From Haliotis rubra (Eukaryota), in assembly GCF_003918875.1 (NCBI RefSeq), contig NW_025765678.1, positions 1 to 64,000 of the forward strand: a stretch of 64,000 nt of DNA. The letters are read 5' to 3'. The notes below the pieces were generated by a model, which saw nothing but the letters and a program-made list of their open reading frames with translations, did not search any database and was not told where the DNA came from. This document shows, in pieces, positions 40,113 to 51,785 of this stretch. The position numbers and the translations under genes were made by a program. The stretch's first letter is position 1, and the number at the start of each line of letters is the position of its first letter.

Positions 40113-40450
40113 ACAGCCAGAAAACAATCTGTCTTTGTTTTCACTTAAAGAAACTTTAGATGCAGTTACAGTTTTTGCGAATGTTTTCTCGTTATACGTG
40201 TGGCTGAGTAAGCCAGTGGTGACAGTTTTATGTCGCCCTGCCTTGTACTGGGTTCGATTCCCCCAAAAAGTACAAATTGTCAAAGGAGTCATAGCGTTCA
40301 GGGAAAAAGTACAACCCAACTCACGTACAGTTGTCATTATCTTTAACATCAGGAAAATCGACATTATACACATCATCATCATCACCATAATAATTCTTGA
40401 CGTAGTGATAATGATGAATCCCGTCAAAATCATTATCATCTACTCAAGTA

Positions 40451-40831
40451 GTGGCGCGTGCTTAAAGCTCAGGTCACAAATCGGTGAAGTTAAGCAGCGT
40501 CGAGCTCGGAGAGTCCTTGGATGGGTGACCGTGTTTGGCAGCTTGACTCCTGAGAGTTTCTAGGACTTGAGTCCTGCCCCACAACGAAGCACATGTGATA
40601 CATGTGGTCTCACCTTAGGCAAGTGAGTTTGTTCAAAATTGCCTCTGTTCACCCAGCAGGAAAATGGGTACCCGGTGGAAAAAAAAAGTCATATGACTAT
40701 AACCTTCTAGCGCCTAACAGGCAGCTTGGGTTATCCGGGGTAATAATGACCTTGATTGTTAGCGCTATGAGCATACCTAGTGTGGAGTTTGGCGCTATAT
40801 AAATGGACACATTATTATTATTATTATTATT
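40451..40831 (+). mobile_element. 5S rRNA-derived SINE with a CORE-like domain and an L2-type (ATT)n tail
   Basis: GAAGTTAAGCAGCGTCGAGC...CTTGGATGGGTGACCG (5S boxes A and C); CCTTAGGCAAG...TGCCTCTGTTCACCCAGC...AAATGGGTACC; GGCGCTATATAAAT plus (ATT)n; aagta TSD; absent from the paralogous blocks. Confidence 0.75.
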
Positions 40832-40859
40832 AAGTACCATCGCCCATGTAAGAGTCACT

Positions 40860-41131
40860 CTCAGCACGTGATGAAAGTTTCCCACTAAGCATTTACGTCT
40901 GTCTTCACGAGTAATGACGTCATAGCTCCAGTGGGAAAAAAAACAACCAAGCGAATGTCACATGACATGCAGCTTTCAGCGTGATAACAGGTCACGTGGC
41001 GATAGGCTATGTTCTGATATATATGATCACACCTTCAACAGCAACGACTGGAAAAGAAAAGTAGGTGGCTGTCACCTCCACATATTGTACTGCAGAAAGC
41101 TTTACTTCGTGTTGAAATACTGATTTTTAAG
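40860..41131 (+). promoter_or_regulatory. Putative promoter and non-coding exon 1 of paralog 2
   Basis: CACGTG, GAAAGTTTCCC and TGACGTCA motifs, partly conserved at about 27210-27270 and 56910-57040. Donor AAG|GTAGGT at 41131/41132, also at 57157/57158. Confidence 0.4.
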
Positions 41132-41737
41132 GTAGGTCAGATTTGCTTGTGCCTCACTGAACTGTTTACATTTAGTTGTGAGCCGGTATTGTACCACTGC
41201 CTATCGCAGATTCGATTTCACCCTCGAAGATCCAGGTTAGAATTCATGTTCAAACCTTCATACTCGTCCTCCAAGGGGGCCAGCAGGATGGAGAGAGGGC
41301 GTTACTGCACACGTCGTATTCCCATAGCGTAGAACGATGCTGACGCGCTCAGTCTTCCATATATTGTGAACGCCAATGTGGTCGAGTCGAGATCGCAGAC
41401 TTTGTGTGCTTGTGTTTAAGGCCTTTACCTGAAAGTATGGGTTCGAATCCCGGGTGGGGTTCAACCGGTAGAATAGTCATAGAATCTGTAGTTTAATGTG
41501 TAAGTGTAATCGCAAGTATACCAAGTATTATTTGTTGTTGATATATAAAAAGTCAAAATAGAAACTACAACAGCAAGTTGCATTTTGAGAATTACTGTTA
41601 CGTTCAATAATAGTTTTGTCAATGTTTTCATACCATATAAAATTCAGTTGGCAAAAACAGTTTAGTTTTTTATCTTTTCAATCTAAATATCTACGTGCAG
41701 TATCGATATGTTTAAAACGTACAGCGTGTATTCCAGG

Positions 41738-42745
41738 ATGTACCATGCTACCACGTTTTTGAAACATATGGAAAAGGGAAGAGGCTCAGAGGAAGGCATG
41801 TGTGAATGCTGTGTGGAATGCACCTGCTGCATCACCAACATCGTCAGGATGCTCCTCTGTAGCATACACATGTCCCGCTACCTCCGAATCGCACTCCTCT
41901 GGATCTATGTTGCCACTGCCGTCCTCACCGCTGGACTTCTCATCAGCATCAGAGTCCTCCGCACCAACAAGTTCCAGGCAGCGCCAACAGACATGCGCAA
42001 AGTAGAGGACCACGTGAACAACGCCTTCTGTCAGAGCCTCACTCTCAACTCCAGCGATCCTTTCGAAGCCTACACGTTTGATGGAGAACCGGTGGTTGAT
42101 CCCAGCAAGTTCGAACAGTTCAATACATCATATTACAGTTTTATGATGGGACGTACATACGCACACTGGGGATTCTATCTCCTGAAAGGTTCTAAAGCCG
42201 TCGTGGTTTCATCCGGGAGTAAACTTATATCAGCATTCATCATAAAAGGAAGCTCCAATCTTCAGGCGTGGATTGACAACAAAGGAAGCTGTGATGGATG
42301 TTACCTTGCATCTCATATCACCTCCCCAGCCTTCACCTACACGCTGAACGTTTCACAGAGTGACGATTACTATTTCATGTATTACTCCACTTCAAACAAC
42401 TTCATTTACTTGGACGCCTATGTGTACATAACTCGGACACTCTATGACGTCAGTTCTGCCACATCCCACTGTTTTTACCGTCCTAACGACAAGCCATGTT
42501 CATTGGACATTTCACTCAGCCCTCACATGAACGTGGTGTACCACAATGGAGATAATGGTCCGTATGGCAGAATCGACATGTGGTCCACGTGCAAAAGTCG
42601 AGTTTGGATGTACGTGATTGTGTTTGCCCTGATCCCCGCGCTGATGGCGGCAGGTGTCACCATCCTGTTCTGGAAGTATTGCAAGGATGCCAGGTCCCAG
42701 GAGAGTTTCCCCTCAATATTCCAGATACATGGCGGCGGTAAGTAA
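41738..42745 (+). CDS. Membrane protein paralog 2 (335 aa), open frame, altered N- and C-termini
   Basis: ttccag|G ATG; homologous to paralog 1; the last codons lie in an antisense family A copy. Confidence 0.8.
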   Translation: MYHATTFLKHMEKGRGSEEGMCECCVECTCCITNIVRMLLCSIHMSRYLRIALLWIYVATAVLTAGLLISIRVLRTNKFQAAPTDMRKVEDHVNNAFCQSLTLNSSDPFEAYTFDGEPVVDPSKFEQFNTSYYSFMMGRTYAHWGFYLLKGSKAVVVSSGSKLISAFIIKGSSNLQAWIDNKGSCDGCYLASHITSPAFTYTLNVSQSDDYYFMYYSTSNNFIYLDAYVYITRTLYDVSSATSHCFYRPNDKPCSLDISLSPHMNVVYHNGDNGPYGRIDMWSTCKSRVWMYVIVFALIPALMAAGVTILFWKYCKDARSQESFPSIFQIHGGGK

Positions 42746-42920
42746 ATAATCCAGCCTGGGTCACACAATCCTAGTGATCAACAACATCAGCATATATCTA
42801 CGCAATTGGGATACGATGACATGTGTCAACCAAGTCATCGAGCCTGACCCCTGATCCCGTTAGTCGCCTCAGGAAAAGCATGGGCTGCTGACCACCAATT
42901 GAGAAACGAATGTTCACGGG
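42714..42920 (-). mobile_element. Family A copy lacking its tail, overlapping the paralog 2 stop codon
   Basis: Same insertion as 58780-59011, judged by the shared downstream flank. Confidence 0.8.
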
Positions 42921-44034
42921 AAACTATATACGTCTTAAGAAACTAATGACGTGATATGGGAGAATCGGATGGTCCTCAACTTCCTACGACGGACGGACAG
43001 TCAGTTTTTTTCAGTAAAAGGCCAAAGACAAATAATACTGGCAATTTTAAATTTATATATACATTCACTTTCTCTTAACCGATGGATTCTGATGTTCTCC
43101 ATCACACATGTATACATTTAAATAAAGTTTTCAAATGAAATAATTTTAGTCAGAGATGTCAGTATTAAATGACATTCATCTTCAATTTCCTTTGAGTCGT
43201 ACACGCAAACACTTATACAACCTTCTAAAGACTCTAACATTTAGAAATGTGCAAACGTTAGTGATTTTGTCTTACAATTAAAATAATCTACAATTAGATA
43301 CACGTTAACATGCAAAATCATTTTTCCCATTTTCTTACAGTAACAAAACCAATACTTCTTGGATATATATGGGATTTTTGGGGGGAAATACTATAAAAAT
43401 GAGTAAATAAATATTCCCCCCAACAGATGCTTATTAAACAATGTCTCATTGACAACCATTGGCAGATCATACAAATAGGTGCTATGTTATAAGGAAATTA
43501 TTTTTATTGTTTATTTTATTTTCATAATCATTATGGCACTAAATCTAGATCTAAACCAAAATTTATAAATGTATGTATTCGTATATCAATATTTTCATAA
43601 AACATGGCTAGGTATTTCTGTGGTTGCAATATTAAATTCCCAGTTCCTAAATCACGATAGTTTGGAAGTAGCAAAATATATGCTAACTTCCACGTAATCG
43701 TTTCCTTAAGATAAATTTGTGTGTATGTGTGTGTGTGTGTGTTGGTGGTGGTTGTCGTGAAAACTTTGCTCTGGAAGGTACGACGATGGGGGTGGGGGCG
43801 TGATCGGTTTCATAGGTTTCACTTCACGTTTGGCAGAAATCGAGTTTTAGAAATTCTAACTTTCACCGTTGATGAGTTCGATCTTAGTACAGATTGCGTT
43901 CTTAAGAATCCATGCTGTCTTAAAATCGACACTGTCTAAGATTGCTCTGTGCAAGTGAACCCAGGTCTCTTTGGCTGGAAAACACTAAAGAAGACATACA
44001 CATTAAAGTGTGTTGAAATAGCGCGATGTTCAAA

Positions 44035-44620
44035 AGCAGCCATCGAAAGGTTTGCTCCGTGGAATGTGTTGTCAGACATCTGAAGGTGTTTCCATCTGAA
44101 GGTGTGCTCAGCTAAAGGTGTAAAGCTTGCCATATGAACTTCTTTATTATATAACACCACGTTTCCGGGCTACTTATTGCCCCTTCTTCAGGTGATTAAA
44201 GACAGGTGTAGTAAACATATTATTTATACCAGATTTACAGGAAACTATCTGGTATATATAATACTTTTCCTACGCCTGTCTTTGATCACCCGAAGAAGGG
44301 ACAAGAAGGAGCCCAGAAACGCCGTGTTATATAATAAAGAAGAATTTATCCATATACTCGTCTTATATATTCACCAACTTCTAAATGCCTCTCAAGAATA
44401 TAGCCACATGACGGTGTGTCCATCTGAAGGTGTGCTCAGCTGAAGGTGTAAAACTAACTTGATTATGGGAAGTCTGCCATTAGAAGGTGTGTCCATTTGA
44501 ATGTGTAACAGTAGCCATGTGAAGGTGTGCTCGGTTGACTATTTGAAGTCTGCCATATGAAGATTTGTCCATCTGAAGCTGTGACACTCGCTTAGGTCCT
44601 GTGACACTCGCTTAGGTCCT
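44035..44620. repeat. Degenerate CCATCTGAAGGTGTG-type minisatellite (also at about 27690-27850 and 60750-61300)
   Basis: Recurring 15-mer variants; part of the duplicated downstream block. Confidence 0.7.
44139..44400. mobile_element. Penelope-like palindromic element (about 204-bp hairpin plus tail) with two degenerate hammerhead cores
   Basis: 44139-44342 is self-complementary. The arms read CAC-CTGAAGA-AGGGGC..GCCCG-GAAACGTGGTG (-) and CAC-CCGAAGA..GAAACGCCGTG (+). Confidence 0.65.
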
Positions 44621-44818
44621 GATGTGAATCTTACATCTGATGCCAAGATCATAGGTTAATGGCAAAGTCTGCAAGGCTGATCACTCGTAAAATACGACAA
44701 TGTAGGCAAGTGCGCACTGCACACATACGCAGACAATAAGGATTTGCCATCAAACACTGAGGTACTGAAGCAAGACATTACTGTACTGCTCATAGACAAT
44801 GGTTATATATACAGTATC

Positions 44819-44853
<35 letters not shown>

Positions 44854-44907
44854 GTGTCTGTGTGTGTGTGAGTGAGTGTGAGTGAGAGAAAAGATAAGTA
44901 CTGTTTG

Positions 44908-45268
44908 CAGTGTTCGATATAATCGCCGGCCCGAAGACCAAGCGCCGGTTGTTATTGTATCGGGCCGGCAGTTGCAAATGTTTGCTGGCCTTCGTGGCCT
45001 TCAGTAAATTATCAGTCTTTTGCTTTCAACTGGAATCTTTGCCATATTATTTTTCTTTATTAACGTTCGGGAATCATCCATGATCCATCATGTTACGATA
45101 ACCCGAACAAAACAACAGGAAGATGACAGTAATAGCAGGAAACGGTCACAGCAAAGTAAATGGGGAGAGGAATTCAAGGAGTGGCCTCTTTGGGATGGAA
45201 ATTCAATGTTTTGCCGACCTTGTAGATCAGCATACGAGCAACTGTCGATAAACAGACTTTCCGACTAA
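44908..45268 (+). mobile_element. hAT transposon 5' fragment with a zinc-finger remnant
   Basis: CAGTGTTCGA terminus, GC-rich subterminal region, KW..EF..W...DGNSMFCRPC motif. Confidence 0.5.
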
Positions 45269-45444
45269 GGTGCTTACAACACTGTACCTAAGGTGATGCT
45301 GGTAACGCACGTTATACACTCTTCCACGTGTATACAATCAAAATTATTTACCACACTGATAAACTTTGTAGGTGTGAATATTTTGAATGCACTGAATTTT
45401 CATATTAATGCCTATTTATTGAGGTATAAACATTTTTAAAATCG

Positions 45445-45870
45445 AGCTAGGATGTCGGTAACCCACAGTCTGGATGGCGGTAACGAGTTCCGTCCGTCCG
45501 TGCGTCCGTCACACGTTACCCGAAGCATATCTCCTAAATTGTTCGTGATAGCTTAACCAAAGTTGGTACACCTTTCAACCATGATCCCTAGATGTCCCTT
45601 TTGGGGATTCGACCCACATATGAATTTCATTTTTTGCTGTTTCCGTGGAAACATGACTTAGGCTGTGACTTTGAGGATGTCATGCTCTCCTGAGCAGATC
45701 TTCCAAACTATACATACTAGCTTCATCAAAGTTGGGACATATGTCAGTCATGATCCATAGATGTCTCTTTTGGAGTTTAGACCAAGATGTGAATTATATT
45801 TTTTGCGGTTTCCATGGAAACGTGACTTAGGCTGTGGCTATGAGGATGTCATCTTGTCCGGAGAAACCTA
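45445..45870. mobile_element. Helentron/HINE-like non-autonomous element
   Basis: (GTCC)n microsatellite followed by two about 169-bp tandem core repeats (CAAAGTTGG.ACA at about 45558 and 45727). Confidence 0.5.
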
Positions 45871-46224
45871 ATGACATAAATAAACATTACCACTCTATTT
45901 CCAGTATCAACACTAGGTACACAAACCGTACATTTCACATAGTGAAAACTAGCTGACATATTCATGATGAGTATTTTGCCATTGCGGGAGATATGGATGA
46001 CTTTGTCTTCTTGTTTATTGTGCAATGAGTGATGCTGATAACACATATTGTCCTGCTTTAGTCGGTAAACAGAAATAATCTATTTATTTTTAAATTCAAA
46101 GGCGATAGTAATTTCAGTTTTTATGTTTTCCACAGATGTGTACTTCTGCTACATTAACAGTATGAGCGACTTTTTCTGTGCGCCGGAGATTTGTTGTGTG
46201 TCTAAAATCTGTGAACCCAAATCT

Positions 46225-47297
46225 ATGAATCTGTGATATTACCCCATCCTCAAGATGGAACTTTAAAAAAGCTAACTGGCATTTATATCAAAGCCTGTGT
46301 TGTAACAGACTTAAACCTGAACTTTTTATTGATGTTTCTGATGCTATGAAGGATTTCTCTGATGAACTCAATAATATAGCTGATAAGTGTATACCCAAAT
46401 CCTCTGCAATTCCACACATCCAAAAACCGTGGTTCAACAATGAGTGCAAACAGACTAGGAAGGCACGAAAGAAAGCCGAGCATTATTTCCGTCACCATCC
46501 TATGGTCCATAATTTGAATAAATTATAAATTTTAAATGCTAAGGCACGGCATACCTTCAAGCAAAGTAAACGTCAATCCTGGCGAACGTATGTATCAAAA
46601 ATACATTCACGAACGCCGAATTCAAAGGTATGGAATATGATCCAGAAAATAAAAGTTTAGAGCGCTCAATCTAGCATTAAGCATCTTAAAAATGGAGACG
46701 AATTATTACTTAGTAATCTGATATTGCAAATAAACTTGGAGAAACTTTGGCCAAACACTCTTCCTCATCGAATTATCTACCTCAATTCCAAAAATATAAA
46801 ATGCAACAGGAAAAGAAACCTGTTAATTTAAATTCAGATAATGGGGAAGATTAAAATGAACCATTTTCTATTCATGAAACTCGTGCTGCTCTTAAACAAG
46901 CTCACGATACTGCTTCAGGGGCTGGTAGCATACATTATCAGCTTCTGAAGCACTTACCAGAATCATGTTTATGGACCCTCTTAAACATTTTTGATGATAT
47001 TTGGCACTCGAATTATCGATGGATCACACTAACAAGCTGTGTTTAAAAGACAAGTAATCGATCTGTTTGGTACTTGGAAACCAATAACCTTATAACGGAT
47101 ATTCAATGTGGTTTCCGCAAAAAAAACCCAGAAGCTCTGTCGATCACTTAGTGCGTTTGGAGTCATTTGTTAAAACCTTCTAATTAATAGACAACACGCC
47201 GTGTCTATCTTTTTTTATCTTGAATAGGCATATGGCACTGCGTGGAAATATGGTATTTTAAGAGATTTACATGGCTTCGGACTGCGAGGCCGTTTGC
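46225..47297 (+). mobile_element. I-group LINE internal fragment (APE-RT linker to RT)
   Basis: KPWFNNEC..ARKKAEHYFRHHP, matching 36063-36797. Confidence 0.85.
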
Positions 47298-49099
47298 GGA
47301 TGAGCCTCTCCGGAATAGAGTCCCATTGCCTCCAGAAGCTGCCAGGAGAGCTGGTGCAAAACATTTGCCCAGGATTGTTGAGTTAATGAATGCGGCTCGT
47401 TGTCGACATCCTCGATGAAAAATTGGCAAATCTCGACTGATGTGAATGCGTGAATGTTTTGAAAACTTCCATATGTGAAGCAACTCACATTTGACTTTTT
47501 ACAGTATTGAAGGTAAAGTTTGAGAGTTTTGAAGTTATAATTGAAGTTCTTTTTGAGTCATGTTTATTGTCCATTGGTACTGTATCAGTTCTTCTTTAGA
47601 CATGTGCAACACCCAGGTGAAGTCAATTTCGGTATTAAACGTTTATGTTTTGATCCGTGAAATGTTTTGACTTTATGATAATTCTTTTCCGGAATAAAGG
47701 GCCAACTTTGTAAAAGAAGGATTTTCAGTGAAGTTTGTTTCCAAATAAAGGACACTTATTGCTTCACTTATAGATTGGTTGTCATGACAACTGTTTAATT
47801 TAGCATTCTATCTTGTTCTATACTGCATATCTCTTTGAACATGGCATTCTTATATTGTCAACGTGCATGGACACTGGAAATACTTTGGGCATGCTTGGAC
47901 CACGTGTCCACATATGAGGACACCTTAAATCAGCATTGGGGTTATCGATGGTATCAAACTGGGTCTATCACCTCCATAAGTGATCCATATTTGACAATAA
48001 AATCAGGCCTGTCTTGAGTTGTAGGAAAAAATGTCATTGCTGGGTCCCAGGAGAATATGTGAATGAATTTACGCATATGCAGATATGGTTATACACCAGC
48101 TGATGCGTTAGTGGTGTTTGTCAGCTCCAGTGGTTCGAAAAATTAAAAAAGAAATCACCCTGTGGTTCACTTCTAAGTGTTATAACTATCACACAACTTC
48201 ATCTTTACTCCAGAACGATGTTCCTGAAATGTTGCAGTCAGTACCGTTTCTTAAAGGCGAAACGTATTTTCACAGCAATACAAAAACACTTTGCATTTCT
48301 ATTCAGATGAATTAGTTGATCAATTACAGTCTCCGACAAGTTTCAAATCGTTTCTGGAGACGATACATGTCTTACTTCGGGAATTTCCTCCCATATCAAG
48401 CCGACAAGCTGTGGAATAAATGAAATATTGTTTATGCCTATGTATAAACTATCTCATTTCGCTTTCCCCATGGTTCAGCAGAACACATTTCACCATGTCA
48501 CTCAACACACAGAAATCACGATCTCTGTATGTGCTGGGCAATGTTTCAGTCACGTTACGCAGTAAACGTTGGTTTGAACGAACTGAAAGGCACCACCAAT
48601 TTTAATTTTATTTCGTTATACACATTTTGATATAAATATACATCAAGTGACCGGGTAAATACAATAATATTCGAAATAGCCGTTAGTTCGCTATAAACAC
48701 GTTCGTTATAAACCATAGTTAACCCTGTGTCACCTTGATGTATGAGGAAAGCATAAAATGAAAAGGTATTACATGCAGAGTTAGTATCCCCTTTGGGAAC
48801 TCATCGAGCACGGGTCTGATGCTGAAAAACCTGGAAACAATCAGGTGAAACCGGCAATCCAGCCAATTCTAACCCCCTATTTAAGCAAATTGAAAAGAAA
48901 TCCAATTGTTCGATAAAAGATAGATTTTTATCTCAAAGTCTGTTTTTACACTTGAATGTGATGTGTGACTGAGAATTTTAAAAATGAACATTTTCATTGT
49001 GATTATTAACATATAGTTTATTGTATGACATTTCTCGCCGCGAATAGTTGCTACGTTGCTGATACGGCGTTAAGCAATATTCATTCAAACACTCACCAG

Positions 49100-50515
49100 C
49101 CATAATGCCTTGTCCTTGGATTCGCCAAGAAACGCAACTCTTCGGGGCGAATCCTGACGCCTCATACGAATGTTTTAAATGTACCAGGATGTATGTAGAT
49201 ATAGCTTCAAAATATTGTTCTGTTCGTCAATTATGGCTAGCAGTATATGCTTTAAAATGTATTTATATATATATATGTGATCAGTATTCATCAACGCCAA
49301 TTCATTTCAAGAGCTTTATGTCCAATTTATGTGTGTGTTAAATACCGCCCTAGTGTGTATGTTATAACATAAGGTACGTTCGACATACTTAACCTTACAC
49401 ACCTTTGGATGATATGGTCTTTACAATAGGTAGCTGTTTATTTTTCGTATCAACCTATTGTGACGCCAGCAGAGGCTGCTTCTGTAATATCGCCCTTGGG
49501 CTATATGGCTTTAAACCCCGGATAACGTTAGAAGAGATCAGTCTAAATAACCTGGCAAACGTGTCCTCGTCTGGATGCATAAAGACTTCGGCTACGCCTC
49601 AGTTTTGTATCCTCCCTCGGTTAAAGGTACGTCAGGATTCCTTCAATATTTATTTCTCTCGGGTTCGCCTCGAGAAATATTCAAGAAATCCTTCCGTAAA
49701 AATGAGTTGAAGAAACGACACACTTGATATTGTATTTCTTGATCACTACATGGATAGTGCAATTTGATGCCGAAATGATTCCGCCTGGCATTGATGGAGA
49801 AACATCACACGTGCATCTGATCTCGCTTGGTATCAGTCCTCTCACTTGCATATGTAGTACAATCAGTAGCACTGGCCGGAGAACTGTTAATCACGGCGCT
49901 GATCTCGATCTTCTAGCCTTCTGATGACCGTTTGTAGTTACGACAACCCGCAAAATAAAGATTTGGATGTTAATTTGTAGTATTTGTGTTATTCAAGACA
50001 TGACCATTAATTTTGATAATAATTAATTACAATATGTTTTTCAATGCAATTTGTGACAAACATGAACATGACTAAACGATACTATGAATATATTAACTCA
50101 GTACACATACGCCCATTTTTAAAATTCAAACAAGTTCATTGATACTTATATGTCGGTAAGGAGGCAATATTATTTCTTTCCGCCTCCCAATAAAAAACCG
50201 AAAAATCGTAAATAGCAATATTTCAAATAGTTTCATTTGTCAAATCAAAAGGATTAAGCATGAAATGTGTATATTTGTTAATCAAACACAATAAACAACT
50301 TACCTTGAACGTTCATGCGCCTATTACGGCGTCCTGTGAACGCTCTTCGATATCCAAGTTAGTTGACAGGAACTTGTAACAGGTATTTTCAACGGCGTCT
50401 TCATCGACACTAATATCGGAATAATTAGACGAAATATCCATGTTTTTGGTAAGTTTACGGTCCCAAAACTTAACTTAAATGCTCACTCTTCTGGCTAGCT
50501 GCAACCACCTCATCA
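49100..50515 (-). mobile_element. Possible highly decayed Crypton/DUF3504-like element
   Basis: Fragmentary - strand peptides (MSTESDDEVVAASQ; SNCTIHV; RTFNRGRIQN; IVKTI) that are only reminiscent of the family. Confidence 0.25.
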
Positions 50516-50864
50516 TCTGACTCAGTCGACATCTTGACTATTCTAAACACCATGTGCTCACAACTGAGTTGGATTTCTGTGATTTGTTTTTTGTTTTCGT
50601 TTCCTTTTAAAATGTGGTATTTCGTTTAGTTATAAAAATGTAAATAACCTAAAAATATTATCCCATAATAATTATTGCAACATTTGTTTTCTTTCAAAAT
50701 GAAAATTACATGATGATAAGAACGCCCCAAATGTATAACTTATTGCGGTATTAGCAAATTCCGAGGAGTATCCCAACGATGTCTCCGCTCGGGCGTTCAT
50801 GGTACATTTTAACCTTGGGATGACTTGCTATTTACTACACACACTGACATTAAATTCCCTAGTG

Positions 50865-51650
50865 TGCACCACAGTTGTCAGTCCAGATTTGAAGAGGTCA
50901 TCATACGACGATGTCGTATTGGCCGTACTAGATATACTCATGAATACCCGTTGAAAGGTGAGGATCCTCCGTTTTGTATTCCTTGTGATAAGAGAATGTC
51001 CTGCTATACTGTATTGATTTTTCAGTGTCAAAACAATTAAGGATCTTTTTAATGTTAATTATCATGTAATTATTGCATTTTTATAAGAAATAGAATTACT
51101 GGATAAATTTTGTTCAATATGTTTTGTATAAAGATATATATTTTATGATGGGTAGTTTAAATTAGTAACTGAGTTTGTTAGTGGCTGCATCCTCACAGGG
51201 GGTGAAGTTTTGTAAAATTATTGTCCTCCTGTGGGGGTACGTAAGTCCAAAAACTTTAAAAGTAAATTTATACTTACCAGATTATTTATGTTATATTACA
51301 TTATGGCTAATTTTTCCTTCAATGGCCAGCGGCTGAAGGGGTGGTGTAAATCCAGCTAGGGTCCATGCAGGTAGCAAAAGTACTGTTAGTCCCCATGGTC
51401 CCTAGTATGGTGATCTACCTTCTGTTGCTGGTGATCTCAAGCCCGTTTTCATATATTGTAGTGTTAATAAAATTTGTTTAATTTAACAGTTACATGCTGG
51501 TTTTAATTCTCTATCTGAGATAATCTAATTATTTTACTGTCCTTCGTCAACAGGTTTTTTAATTTAATTGCATTTATTAGGAATTTGTAATTTGTTCACG
51601 ATATGCCTGAAATATTGACGATGTGACTATAAATATTAACTCACTCACTC
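50865..51650 (+). mobile_element. I-group LINE 3' end
   Basis: RCRIGRTRYTHEY.LKGEDPPFCIPC, 3' UTR, TCAC tail. Confidence 0.85.
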
Positions 51651-51785
51651 ATTCCTGCTGATGCTGTGACCCAACACTGTTGGTGCAGACGACGTCACTG
51701 TGAACTTCTGTCCTCTCAGAGGTCTTGCTAGTCTCATTAGTCTGATGATGGTCTACCGTGCACAGTCGAACGTTCTGACAATATA

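Noticed and set aside
40480-40531. 5S rRNA gene
   Set aside because: Only the internal control region is present, embedded in a SINE.
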